Source: an uncultured Anaerolineaceae bacterium
GTDB lineage: Bacteria > Chloroflexota > Limnocylindria > Limnocylindrales > CSP1-4
Reading direction: 5' to 3'
Length of the DNA: 64,000 bases
Assembly: GCA_964475245.1 (NCBI GenBank)
Contig: CAYYVV010000007.1
Coordinates: 13,847-77,846 of the forward strand
In this document: in pieces, positions 38,578 to 49,454 of the stretch
How the letters are laid out: each line of letters begins with the position of its first letter
How positions within the stretch are numbered: position 1 is the first letter of the stretch
Position numbers and translations under genes: made by a program
The notes under the pieces: generated by a model
The model's input: the letters and a program-made list of their open reading frames with translations, nothing else
Database searches by the model: none
Told to the model about the DNA's origin: nothing

Positions 38578-39465
38578 CTACCAGCCGCGGACGGCGAGGC
38601 GCTCGCTCTCCGGCATCGTCCGGACCTCGAGGCCAGGCATCGGCGCGCCCAGTCCCTTCGAGACCTCGGCGATGATCTGGGGGTTGTCGAAGTGCGTTGT
38701 TGCCTGGACGATCGCGCGCGCCGTCCGTGCCGGATCCTCGCTCTTGAAGATGCCGGAGCCGACGAAGACGCCCTCCGCGCCCAGCTGCATGGCGAGTGCC
38801 GCGTCGGCGGGCGTGGCGATCCCGCCGGCCACGAAGTTGACCACCGGCAGCTTGCCGTTGGCGGCGATGTCCTTGACCAGCTCGTAGGGCGCCTGCAGGT
38901 CCTTGGCCGCGACGAAAAGCTCGTCCTCGCGCATGCCTTGCAGCTCGCGGATGCCTGACCACAACGCGCGGATGTGGCGCACGGCCTCGACGATGTTGCC
39001 CGTGCCCGCCTCGCCCTTGGTGCGGATCATTGCCGCGCCCTCGTTGATGCGCCGGAGCGCCTCGCCCAGGTCGCGGCAGCCACACACGAATGGGACCTTG
39101 AAAGCGTGCTTGTCGATGTGGTTGAGCTCGTCGGCGGGAGTGAGGACCTCCGACTCGTCGATGTAGTCGACACCCAGCGCCTCGAGCACCTGCGCCTCGA
39201 CGAAGTGGCCGATGCGCGCCTTGGCCATGACCGGGATGGTCACCGCGGCCATGATCTGGGTGATCAGCAGCGGATCGCTCATGCGCGCCACGCCGCCCAT
39301 CGCACGGATGTCCGATGGGACGCGCTCGAGCGCCATCACGGCGACGGCGCCGGCATCCTCGGCGATCTTGGCATGCTCGGCCGTGACGACGTCCATGATC
39401 ACGCCGCCCTTGAGCATCTGGGCGAGGCCCTTCTTGGTCGTCCAGGTCGACTTTTCTTCGGTCAC
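38578..39465 (-). CDS. pdxS: Pyridoxal 5'-phosphate synthase lyase subunit
   Basis: [14 protein letters not shown]..., [26 protein letters not shown] start at 39465. The track ORF is extended 5'. Confidence 0.92.
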   Translation of the reverse strand: MTEEKSTWTTKKGLAQMLKGGVIMDVVTAEHAKIAEDAGAVAVMALERVPSDIRAMGGVARMSDPLLITQIMAAVTIPVMAKARIGHFVEAQVLEALGVDYIDESEVLTPADELNHIDKHAFKVPFVCGCRDLGEALRRINEGAAMIRTKGEAGTGNIVEAVRHIRALWSGIRELQGMREDELFVAAKDLQAPYELVKDIAANGKLPVVNFVAGGIATPADAALAMQLGAEGVFVGSGIFKSEDPARTARAIVQATTHFDNPQIIAEVSKGLGAPMPGLEVRTMPESERLAVRGW

Positions 39466-39580
39466 GCTTGGTCTCTGGAACCTCTCGGTGATGCGCGGAC
39501 ACGCGGTGGGTCGCGCCGCTCCCCGGATTATCTCACCCGCCCAGGTCGCGGCCCCGAAGTCGATGCCTGGATGGTCGTCA

Positions 39581-39741
39581 CTCGAAAATCGGGTCATTCG
39601 TCCGCCGAAGCCCCGTACGACGGTGATTCCAAGAGTTCTGGGTCGACATTTGTGCCGGCCCTGAGCGTGGACTCCCCGCTGCAGCACCTGTCAGCTCGCC
39701 TCCGGACGCCTCTTCGCCGGACGAATGACCTGATATACGAG
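39581..39741. repeat. B-type inverted-repeat-bounded element, about 160 bp. The arms are ctcgaaaatcgggtcattcgtccgccgaag and cttcgccggacgaatgacctgatatacgag, about 25/30 complementary. It lies in the pdxS / DinB_2 divergent intergenic region.
   Basis: Read directly. Both strands translate the arms as RRTND(L/P)I(Y/F)E in the ORF track. Confidence 0.5.
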
Positions 39742-39793
39742 TAAGCCTGCCACGATTGCGGACGCTGATTCCGAATGAGAGGTGCAGGCCACC

Positions 39794-40327
39794 ATGACCA
39801 AGGCACCACCGCCCGGCCTCGCGGCCTTTTACGACGGGTGGGCGTTCCACCAGACCGAATTCATCCGCGTCCTTGGCCCGCTCAATGCCGAGCGGCTGGC
39901 TCTTCGCCCGTCACCCGATCATTGGACCATCTGGCAGCTGGCGTCGAACCTGGCCGGCGGTCGCGCGTACTGGTTCCACGATGTCCTCGGCGAAGGGTCT
40001 GACGCCGTGCGCGACATGTTCCGCGTCCCGAGCACGACGGTCCCGGACTTGCCGCTGAGCGAAGCTGGCTGGGAGGACGACGAGACTCAACCGCGAAGCG
40101 CGGCCGAGCTCGTGGGTGCCTTCGAGAAGACATGGGCCGTGATCCGCGACTGTCTCGAGCGCTGGAGCGCCGCGGACCTTGAAACGGTGCTTCCCAGGCG
40201 CGCAGGCCGGCGCCCGACCGTTACGCGTGGTTGGGTGATCTGGCACGTCATCGAGCACGAGCTTCAGCACGGCACCGAGATCGCGCTGATCCTCCGCCAA
40301 AACGGACTGCCGACCCTGGAGCTGTGA
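39794..40327 (+). CDS. DinB_2 / DUF664 family protein (four-helix-bundle, metal-dependent)
   Basis: WTIWQLASNLAG ... VIWHVIEHELQHGTEIAL are the family His motifs. Confidence 0.75.
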   Translation: MTKAPPPGLAAFYDGWAFHQTEFIRVLGPLNAERLALRPSPDHWTIWQLASNLAGGRAYWFHDVLGEGSDAVRDMFRVPSTTVPDLPLSEAGWEDDETQPRSAAELVGAFEKTWAVIRDCLERWSAADLETVLPRRAGRRPTVTRGWVIWHVIEHELQHGTEIALILRQNGLPTLEL

Positions 40328-40341
40328 CTCCGAGTCGGCAG

Positions 40342-40579
40342 CAACTTGCGCGAAACGCACGACCTGTCCGAGAACGGAGCTGCACGCCGTCCCTGGCGCC
40401 GGCGGGGTGCTCGAATCAGCGGATCAAAGCCCGATTCGGCCGCCCGGGTAGGCCGATCGCGGCCTGAGTCCCTGCTTCGGAGCGGATATGCGAGATGAAA
40501 CCCGCGACAGCGGCCGGCCCGCAAGCCCAGCGGCGCCGAAGTTGGCCAAGTCGTGCGTTTGACGCAAGCTCCGGGTCAG
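40342..40579. repeat. A-type inverted-repeat-bounded element, copy 2, about 238 bp. Left arm caacttgcgcgaaacgcacgacctgtcc. Right arm gtcgtgcgtttgacgcaagctccgggtcag.
   Basis: The arms match those of copy 1 at 12373-12600 (the 19-nt core is about 90% identical). The interior is largely different. Confidence 0.55.
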
Positions 40580-40610
40580 AGGCGAGCCGCGCGCCAATAG
40601 ACTGCGGTCG

Positions 40611-42239
<1,629 letters not shown>

Positions 42240-42249
42240 GCTCGCCGGC

Positions 42250-42681
42250 ATGAAGTACCAGCGTTTCGGTGAGCGCACCGAGATCCGTTTCGAGAGTGGC
42301 GACGAGTTCATCGCCTCGCTGACCGCGTTCGCGCAGGCCGATGCGATTTCATTCGCGGTATTCAGCGGCCTTGGCGCCGTCCGCAGAGCGCGCATCGCCT
42401 TCTTCAACATCGACACGCGCGAGTACGAGACCCATGAGCTCGACGAGCAGTTCGAGGTGGTGAGCCTGATCGGCAACGTCGCCTTGCGTGACGGCAAGCC
42501 GCTCGTCCACGCTCACGCCAGCCTTGCCCGGAAGGATCTGTCGGTCCTGGGCGGGCACGTCATGGAGCTCGTGGCACGGCCGACGATCGAGCTCTGGCTG
42601 CGGCGCGAGGCGGCGCCGGTGAGCCGCGTGCCGGACGAGGAGAGCAGTCTCGCCCTCCTCGACCTGCCCGACCACCTCTAG
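42250..42681 (+). CDS. PPC/PCC (DUF296) domain protein
   Basis: About 144 aa, starting at internal ATG 42250 (MKYQRFGERTEIRF...). Confidence 0.6.
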   Translation: MKYQRFGERTEIRFESGDEFIASLTAFAQADAISFAVFSGLGAVRRARIAFFNIDTREYETHELDEQFEVVSLIGNVALRDGKPLVHAHASLARKDLSVLGGHVMELVARPTIELWLRREAAPVSRVPDEESSLALLDLPDHL

Positions 42682-42690
42682 CATCGCGCG

Positions 42691-43968
42691 GTGGATTCGC
42701 AGGCCGCACAGATAGCCGCCGGGCGCGTGCTCCAGGTCTCCGTATCCGCGGGCGGCGTGCCCAAGCTGCCCGTCGAGCGGGCCTGGGTTGGACCGCTCGG
42801 CCTCGACGGCGACAAGCACAGCGAGCCCACCGTTCACGGCGGTCCACACCGCGCGGTGTGCCTGTTCGGGATCGAGGTCATCGAACGCCTTCAATCGGAA
42901 GGTCACCCGATCGAGCCCGGTGGCGCAGGCGAGAACCTGACGACTTCAGGCATCGAGTGGTCATTGCTTCCGGTCGGCGCCCGGGTGCGCGTCGGCGACA
43001 CGCTCGAGCTGGAGGTCTCTTCGTCGACCACGCCGTGCGCGACGCAGACGAGCAACTTCAGCGACGGCAATTTCAACCGGATCCTGATCGACAGGCACCC
43101 ATCCGATTCACGCATGTACGCCCGCGTGCTGCGCGAGGGCTACGTCGCTCCGGGCGACGCGATCGTCGTGCTTGGCGCCGCGCCCGACTCGCGGGCCGAG
43201 GACGAGCTGCTGCTCAAGCGCCTCGACCGTGTGCAGGGCAAGTCGATGCTCGCCGCGTGGAACGCGGCTCGCGAGGCGGGCTACCAGATCGAGGTATTCG
43301 AAGATGGTGAGATCTCGATGGCCTCGTCGCGCGAGCTCCCCGGCCCTGCTTTCAACTCGGCCGACGGCCTCGCGCGGCTCCCGAACATGCTCAAGCTCGC
43401 CACGCGGTTCTTCGACCGTCACGGCACGCGCGCCTGGATCACCGCCGACGAACCGCCATGGCCCGCTGCCGTCGACGACTTCACGCTCGATGTCTTTGCG
43501 GCGGCCCCTGATGAGGTCGCGGACTTTTCGCTGCCAGCCGGGGCGAAAGCGCGTGTGTTGGGCAGCGATGAGGGAGCCCTGTTCAGCGCGGTGAAGTCGG
43601 GCGAAGACGGAGCGTCGGGCGTCGATGCGGGCGGCCCAAATCCGTGGCCGGCGATCTACACGCGCCTCGCCCGGACTCACAGCCGCAAGCTGTTCCTGGT
43701 CGAGACCGACGGCCAGCCGGTGGCTCACGCATCGCTCGCGATCAGCGCCAAAACCGGCTGGCTGCGGAGTGCGCTGGTGACCCCACAGGCGCGCGGCCGC
43801 GGCCTTCAGCGCGCTCTGATAGCGGAGCGCGCCCGGGCAGCGGCCCAGGCGGGCTGCGATCTGATCGGCGCGGCCGCGGAGCCTGGTTCGATCTCGGCCG
43901 ACAACCTCCAGCAGGCGGGCCTGCGCCGGGTCGGCGCGCGGGGCCACTACATCTACGACCCCAAGTGA
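42691..43968 (+). CDS. MOSC-domain protein fused to a C-terminal GNAT acetyltransferase domain
   Basis: The N-terminal MOSC beta-barrel region has a conserved Cys (TTPCATQT). The C-terminal GNAT region reads LVTPQARGRGLQRALI. Confidence 0.65.
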   Translation: MDSQAAQIAAGRVLQVSVSAGGVPKLPVERAWVGPLGLDGDKHSEPTVHGGPHRAVCLFGIEVIERLQSEGHPIEPGGAGENLTTSGIEWSLLPVGARVRVGDTLELEVSSSTTPCATQTSNFSDGNFNRILIDRHPSDSRMYARVLREGYVAPGDAIVVLGAAPDSRAEDELLLKRLDRVQGKSMLAAWNAAREAGYQIEVFEDGEISMASSRELPGPAFNSADGLARLPNMLKLATRFFDRHGTRAWITADEPPWPAAVDDFTLDVFAAAPDEVADFSLPAGAKARVLGSDEGALFSAVKSGEDGASGVDAGGPNPWPAIYTRLARTHSRKLFLVETDGQPVAHASLAISAKTGWLRSALVTPQARGRGLQRALIAERARAAAQAGCDLIGAAAEPGSISADNLQQAGLRRVGARGHYIYDPK

Positions 43969-44771
43969 CCGACGACCTGCTCGTCGAGCGCAGCGGCCCG
44001 GGCGGCGCCGTGGCCCGAGTCACGCTCAATCGGCCGGACGTGCACAACGCGTTCAACGCCGAGATGATCGGCGATCTGCGTGCTCTGTTTCGGCGCCTCT
44101 CCGACGAGCCCGCCGAGTCCCTTCGCGCCGTCGTCCTGTCAGGCGCCGGCCCATCGTTCTGCGCTGGCGCGGACGTCAATTGGATGCGCGCCTCGCTCGG
44201 CTTGACGCGCGAGCAGAACGAGCAGGACGCGATGGTCATGGCCGAGATGTTCGACGCGATCGACCGTTGCCCGGCGCCAGTCATCGCGCGCGTTCAGGGC
44301 GCTGCGCTCGGCGGCGGTATGGGCCTGTGCGCGGTGAGCGACCTGGTGATCGCCGAGGCCGGTGCCAGGTTCGGCTTCACCGAGACGCGCCTGGGCATCC
44401 TGCCCTCGGTCATCGCGCCGTTCGTGATCGCCAAGATCGGCGAGACCCAGGCGCGCGCGCTCTTTCCGTCCGGCAGGCGCTTCGACGCCACGCGCGCGCT
44501 GCGCATCGGCCTCGTCCACGAGCTCGTCGAGGGCGAGCAGGCGCTCGACGCCGCGGTCGACTCCGCTCTCGGCGATCTTCTTGCCGCTGGCCCCGGCGCG
44601 GCGCGCGCAGCAAAGGCGATCGTGCGTGAGGTGCGCGGCCTGCCCCACGAGTCGACGCGCTGGCATACCGCGCGGCGCATCGCGGCTCAGCGCACCAGCC
44701 CCGAGGGCCAGGAAGGCCTGCGCGCCTTTCTTGAGAAGCGTGAACCCGGTTGGCGCGAACCGCGCTCCTGA
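43965..44771 (+). CDS. Enoyl-CoA hydratase / methylglutaconyl-CoA hydratase
   Basis: Crotonase fold (VVLSGAGPSFCAGADV, GGGMGLCAVSD). GTG start overlapping the upstream stop. Confidence 0.85.
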   Translation: MTDDLLVERSGPGGAVARVTLNRPDVHNAFNAEMIGDLRALFRRLSDEPAESLRAVVLSGAGPSFCAGADVNWMRASLGLTREQNEQDAMVMAEMFDAIDRCPAPVIARVQGAALGGGMGLCAVSDLVIAEAGARFGFTETRLGILPSVIAPFVIAKIGETQARALFPSGRRFDATRALRIGLVHELVEGEQALDAAVDSALGDLLAAGPGAARAAKAIVREVRGLPHESTRWHTARRIAAQRTSPEGQEGLRAFLEKREPGWREPRS

Positions 44772-44815
44772 CGGGATTGACAGAACAAGACGACAAACGC
44801 GACATTCGCGGCGAC

Positions 44816-46801
44816 GTGGGAGAGCCGATAGGACCGGGTGAGGCTGCTCGTCGCCTCGGTGTGAGCACGCGCACCGTCCAGCGCTGGCTGCGCGAGGGCA
44901 GGCTGCCGGCAGTAAATGTCGGCGCACGGGTGAAAGTCGACCCGAGCGCGTTTGGCCAGAGCGTCGGCAGCCCCAGGTCGATCGGTCGCCTACTGATAGC
45001 CAACCGCGGCGAGCTCGTGGTGCGCATCGCGCGCACCTGCCGCCAGCTCGGGATCACAACCCTCGCGCTCGTGGCCGAGGACCAGGCACGCGCCTGGTGG
45101 GCAAGCGCCGCTGACGAGCTCGTCCCGCTGCGCGGCAGCTACCTGGACATGGCCGCGGTGCTCGACGCGGCGCGCGCCGCGGGCGCCGACGCAATCCATC
45201 CCGGCTACGGCTTCCTGGCCGAAAACGCGGACTTCGCCCAGTCCGTTCTCGACGCCGGCATTGCCTGGATCGGGCCGCGCCCGGAAGCAATGCGCGCGCT
45301 CGGCGACAAGGCCGCGGCCCGCCGGCTGGCGGCGAGCATCGGCGTGCCTGTGCTGCCCGGTTACGACGGCAGCGACCAGTCGGACGCGAAGCTGCTGCGC
45401 GAGGCGCGCCGGATCGGATTCCCGGTGCTCGTCAAGCCGAGCGCGGGCGGCGGCGGCAAGGGGATGCACGTCCTCGAGCGAGCGCGTGATCTCGACGAGA
45501 CGATCGCCCGCGCGCGGCGCGAGGCGCGTGGCGCGTTCGGCGACGAGCGGCTGATCCTGGAGCGCTACCTGGCACGGCCGCGCCATATCGAGGTCCAGCT
45601 CCTGGGCGACGAGCACGGCAACGTGATCCATCTGGGAGAGCGCGAGTGCTCCCTCCAGCGGCGCCACCAGAAGGTGATCGAGGAGGCACCATCGCCGGTC
45701 GTAGACGAGGCACTGCGCGCGCGCCTCGGCGACGCAGCGCTTGCGTTGGCGCGCGCGGCCGGCTATTCGAACGCGGGCACGGCCGAGTTCCTGCTCGCGC
45801 CCGACGGCAGCTTCTACTTTCTCGAGCTCAACGCCCGGCTGCAGGTCGAGCATCCCGTTACTGAGATGGTCACGGGTCTGGATCTCGTGGCGCTCCAGCT
45901 CGTCGTCGCTTCCGGTCAGCCGCTGCCGATCACGCAAGGTGACGTTCGCTTGAGCGGGCACGCGGTCGAGGCACGGCTGTACGCCGAGGACGCCGAGCAC
46001 GACTTCGTGCCGGCCACGGGCGAGGTGCTCGAGACGCGCTGGCCGGCGGGCGGTGAAATGAGGGTCGACGCAGGAATTGCCGCCGGCGACGTGGTTGGCA
46101 CGCGATATGACCCGCTGCTCGCCAAGCTGGTCGCGCATGCAGACGACCGACCTGCGGCTTTCAACCTGCTGTGCGACGAGCTCGAGCACGCGAGCGTGCT
46201 CGGCGTGACCACCAACCGGGGTTTTCTCGAGTGGCTTGCGCGCGACTCGGACGTCCGGGCGGGAACGATGTGGACCACATTCATCGACGAGCGCTGGCAG
46301 CCGTCGGGGGATGAGCTGCCCGACAGCGTCTGGTCCGAGGCAGCCGCGCTGCTGCTCGGGCACGATGCGCACGGAGGCTTCAGGCTCAACGCGCCGAGGC
46401 GCGTCCGGGTCCAGGTCGGCGGCGAGATTCGCAGCGTGGAGGCGAGCGCTGGCGCCGGGTCGCCATATGCGGTCCTGGCCGACGGCTCGGTCGTGCTCGA
46501 CATCGACGGCCAGGCCGTGAGCGCGGCGCTCGCGCCGCCGCCCACGGTGGAGACCGCGTTGCGCCACGCGACGCACGAGGGCGGCGGCGCCGCATCGGTT
46601 GGCGCGCCGATGCCCGGAACCGTGATCGCGGTGCGCGTCAGCGAGGGCGACGAGGTCGAGGCCGGCCAGGTGCTCGTCGTGCTCGAGGCGATGAAGATGG
46701 AGAACACCGTGCCGGCCCCGGGCACGGGCCGCGTGGCGCGCGTCCTCGTTGTGCCCGGCCAGCAGGTCCAGCGCGCCGAGACGCTCGTCGAGCTGGACTA
46801 G
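44816..46801 (+). CDS. Acyl-CoA carboxylase alpha subunit (biotin carboxylase plus C-terminal biotinyl domain, EAMKM). It has an in-frame N-terminal excisionase/MerR-type HTH extension.
   Basis: The HTH_17-like segment EAARRLGVSTRTVQRWLREGRLPAVNVGARVKV sits directly before IGRLLIANRGE. There is no start codon between the HTH and the BC domain. Candidate starts are GTG 44816 and TTG 44750. Confidence 0.85.
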   Translation: MGEPIGPGEAARRLGVSTRTVQRWLREGRLPAVNVGARVKVDPSAFGQSVGSPRSIGRLLIANRGELVVRIARTCRQLGITTLALVAEDQARAWWASAADELVPLRGSYLDMAAVLDAARAAGADAIHPGYGFLAENADFAQSVLDAGIAWIGPRPEAMRALGDKAAARRLAASIGVPVLPGYDGSDQSDAKLLREARRIGFPVLVKPSAGGGGKGMHVLERARDLDETIARARREARGAFGDERLILERYLARPRHIEVQLLGDEHGNVIHLGERECSLQRRHQKVIEEAPSPVVDEALRARLGDAALALARAAGYSNAGTAEFLLAPDGSFYFLELNARLQVEHPVTEMVTGLDLVALQLVVASGQPLPITQGDVRLSGHAVEARLYAEDAEHDFVPATGEVLETRWPAGGEMRVDAGIAAGDVVGTRYDPLLAKLVAHADDRPAAFNLLCDELEHASVLGVTTNRGFLEWLARDSDVRAGTMWTTFIDERWQPSGDELPDSVWSEAAALLLGHDAHGGFRLNAPRRVRVQVGGEIRSVEASAGAGSPYAVLADGSVVLDIDGQAVSAALAPPPTVETALRHATHEGGGAASVGAPMPGTVIAVRVSEGDEVEAGQVLVVLEAMKMENTVPAPGTGRVARVLVVPGQQVQRAETLVELD

Positions 46802-46810
46802 CCTTCGACG

Positions 46811-47740
46811 ATGGCGCTGCCGCAATCAGTCCGCATCTACGAGGTCGGCCCACGCGACGGCCTGCAGAACGAGGCCACGCCGGTCTCGACCGAGACCAAG
46901 CTGCAGTACATCAGGCTCCTCGCGGCCGCTGGTTTGACGGAGATCGAAGCGACCAGCTTCGTGGCGCCGCGCGCCATCCCGCAGCTGGCTGATGCAGACG
47001 CGTTGATGCCACTCCTGGCCGACCGCGGCCGGATCCGCTACCCGGTGCTCGTGCCCAACGAACGCGGCATGGACCGAGCGGTCGCCGCGGGCGCCGACGC
47101 GCTTGCGGTGTTCACTGCGGCGAGTGACGAGTTCACGCGGCGCAACATCGGCATGACCATCGACGAATCTCTAGCGGCCTTCCGGCCCGTGCTCGAGCGG
47201 GCGACGGAGCTGGGCTGGTGGAAACGCGCCTACGTCTCGACCGCCTTCGGCTGTCCGTTCAGCGGGCGCGTCCAGGTCGCCAAGGTCGTCGACGTCAGCC
47301 TGCGCCTGCTCGACCTTGGCGCCGACGAGATCTGCCTGGGAGACACGATCGGTGTCGGAGTGCCGGCGCAGGTTCATGCGCTGACCGAGGCAACAACCAG
47401 CGCCGGCGTGCCACTCGAAAGGCTCGCCTACCACTTCCATGACACGCGCGGCACGGCCCTGGCGAACGTGGTAGCCGGCCTCGAAGACGGCGTTTCGTGC
47501 TTCGATTCGTCGACCGGCGGGACAGGTGGCTGTCCCTACGCGCCTGGTGCGGCCGGCAATCTGGCGACAGAGGATCTCGTCTACATGCTCGATGCGATGG
47601 GTATCGCGCACGGCGTCAAGCTGCCCCAGATCCTCGAGGCCGCACGCTTCATCGCCGATGCACTGGGCAAGAGCCTGGCCAGCAAGGTCGGCCAGGCAGG
47701 TGGCTGGGATCCGGCGACGGGAGCGCGGACCGGGCTCTAG
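46811..47740 (+). CDS. Hydroxymethylglutaryl-CoA lyase
   Basis: VRIYEVGPRDGLQNE and a TIM-barrel HMGL-like sequence. Confidence 0.9.
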   Translation: MALPQSVRIYEVGPRDGLQNEATPVSTETKLQYIRLLAAAGLTEIEATSFVAPRAIPQLADADALMPLLADRGRIRYPVLVPNERGMDRAVAAGADALAVFTAASDEFTRRNIGMTIDESLAAFRPVLERATELGWWKRAYVSTAFGCPFSGRVQVAKVVDVSLRLLDLGADEICLGDTIGVGVPAQVHALTEATTSAGVPLERLAYHFHDTRGTALANVVAGLEDGVSCFDSSTGGTGGCPYAPGAAGNLATEDLVYMLDAMGIAHGVKLPQILEAARFIADALGKSLASKVGQAGGWDPATGARTGL

Positions 47741-48828
47741 TCCGTGGCCGCGAGCGCGGCTCGCACCTGCCGGGTGACGGCTGCATCGTCGTCGCCGAGC
47801 AGGACCAGCACATTCCTGTCCGCAAGCCAGCTGTCCGGGCTGACGCCATCCGACAACCCGACGCAGCGATTGGCCGCATCGGAGCTCGCCAGGCTTTCCG
47901 CCGCGCGCCGAATTTGGCGCTCGCCCGCGATCCTGTCGTCGGTGCTCGAAAAGAGCATCACCAAACGAACCGGGAGCGACGTCGATTCGGCGCGCGGCAA
48001 GTCGGCCGCAGACGCGAGGTACGCCTGCGGCGGCCATGTGACCGGGCACGACGAGGCCTCCAGGAACGGCCGGAGATCGACGTCGGGAAATGTCCGCGCC
48101 AGCGAGCTCAGGGCGCCGATCGTGCTGATCGGGTCCGCTGCCGTCTGGTCGTCGCCCGCCCACTGGATGCTGTCGACGTCGAGCCACGCCGAGCAGGCGA
48201 GGTTGTCGTCAGTGGTGCATGTCGATGGCCGCGTGATGGTGCCCTGCAGGATGCGTGGTCCGCTCCCGCCCAGCCAGAACTGTGACCCGGTCACGATCAT
48301 CGCGGGGTCGCGTGGTGAGCCGGCGGGATCGTCCGAGATGGTCGCCATCGGGCAGACAATCTCGTCCGGACGACACTCCCTCGAGTGATACCAGCCCGCG
48401 ACGAAGGCCGGCGTGCCGACGGACATGCGCAGTGCTTCCGAGACGCGGTTGACAAGGTTGCCGTCGAACGACGTCGGCAGTCCATCGATGTAGCGCTGGG
48501 CGGCCGAGCGCGAACCGAACGGAGCAGGTCCTCCCGGCGAGCTCCCGATACCGAGTCCGGGCATCACGCCGAGGACAGGTTGCGTGTGGTCATCCGGCGG
48601 CGAGGCAGGGGACGCCAGTGGCCCGGGACCAAGGACACTGACTGGCGGCAGCAGTTGTGCTGTCGGCGGCAGCGTTTGCGCCGGCGTCGTGCCGTCCATC
48701 GCCGACCGACCCAGGTAGACCACGCCACCGAGCACGATCGCCACGGCCAACGCCGGCCAAAGCCAACTGCGCGAGCGCGATGTCCGCGCAAGTGGCGTTG
48801 GATCGAACTCCTGCTTGCTCTCAGCCAC
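47737..48828 (-). CDS. Hypothetical membrane-anchored, Cys-rich extracytoplasmic protein
   Basis: Signal-anchor WLWPALAVAIVLGGVVYL. About 8 Cys in the exported part. Confidence 0.5.
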   Translation of the reverse strand: MAESKQEFDPTPLARTSRSRSWLWPALAVAIVLGGVVYLGRSAMDGTTPAQTLPPTAQLLPPVSVLGPGPLASPASPPDDHTQPVLGVMPGLGIGSSPGGPAPFGSRSAAQRYIDGLPTSFDGNLVNRVSEALRMSVGTPAFVAGWYHSRECRPDEIVCPMATISDDPAGSPRDPAMIVTGSQFWLGGSGPRILQGTITRPSTCTTDDNLACSAWLDVDSIQWAGDDQTAADPISTIGALSSLARTFPDVDLRPFLEASSCPVTWPPQAYLASAADLPRAESTSLPVRLVMLFSSTDDRIAGERQIRRAAESLASSDAANRCVGLSDGVSPDSWLADRNVLVLLGDDDAAVTRQVRAALAATD

Positions 48829-48920
48829 CGTGTCGACATTGTGACGCGACCGTCCTCACGCTCGATTTTGCTACGATGCGAAGGTGGTTCGGCCGAGTCC
48901 CGGCTGGCCTCAGGGAGTCA

Positions 48921-49435
48921 TGGATAGCGCGGTACTGCTGCTCAACTCCGATTACGAGCCGCTGAACGTCTGCAACGTCCGGCGCGCCTTCCGCCTCGTC
49001 TTCGCCGAGAAGGCCGAGGTCATCCATTACGACCACCATGACATCCGCACGGCGACGGCAGTCTTTCGCGCGCCGAGCGTCATCCGCCTGCACCACCGCA
49101 TCAAGCGGCCGCGGCCGCGCGTGCGCCTGAGCCGGCGCGAGATCTTCATCCGCGACCACCACACCTGCCAGTACTGCGGCGCCCAGACCGGCGACCTGAC
49201 CCTTGACCACGTCATCCCGCGCCACCGTGGGGGCGCCCACACCTGGGACAACCTGGTCGCCGCGTGCAAGACGTGCAATCACCGCAAGGGCGGCCGCTTT
49301 GTCGACGAGGCGCGCATGCGCCTGATGCGCCAGCCATTCGAGCCGCGCTGCGACGTCTACACGCTCTTCACCCCGTACCTCAACGACCCGCGCAACGAGC
49401 CCTGGCGCGACTATCTCTTCGTCGGCCGCAACTGA
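48921..49435 (+). CDS. HNH endonuclease-family protein
   Basis: CQYCGAQ...LDHVIPRHRGGAHTWDNLVAACKTCNHRKG. ATG preceded by GGGAG. Confidence 0.8.
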
Positions 49436-49454
49436 GCGCTCGAGCGCAAGCTCG

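Noticed and set aside
39466-39793. Riboswitch upstream of pdxS
   Set aside because: No PLP-class riboswitch motif was recognised. The region is dominated by the 30-nt inverted repeat described above, which looks more like a repeat element than a ligand-binding aptamer.
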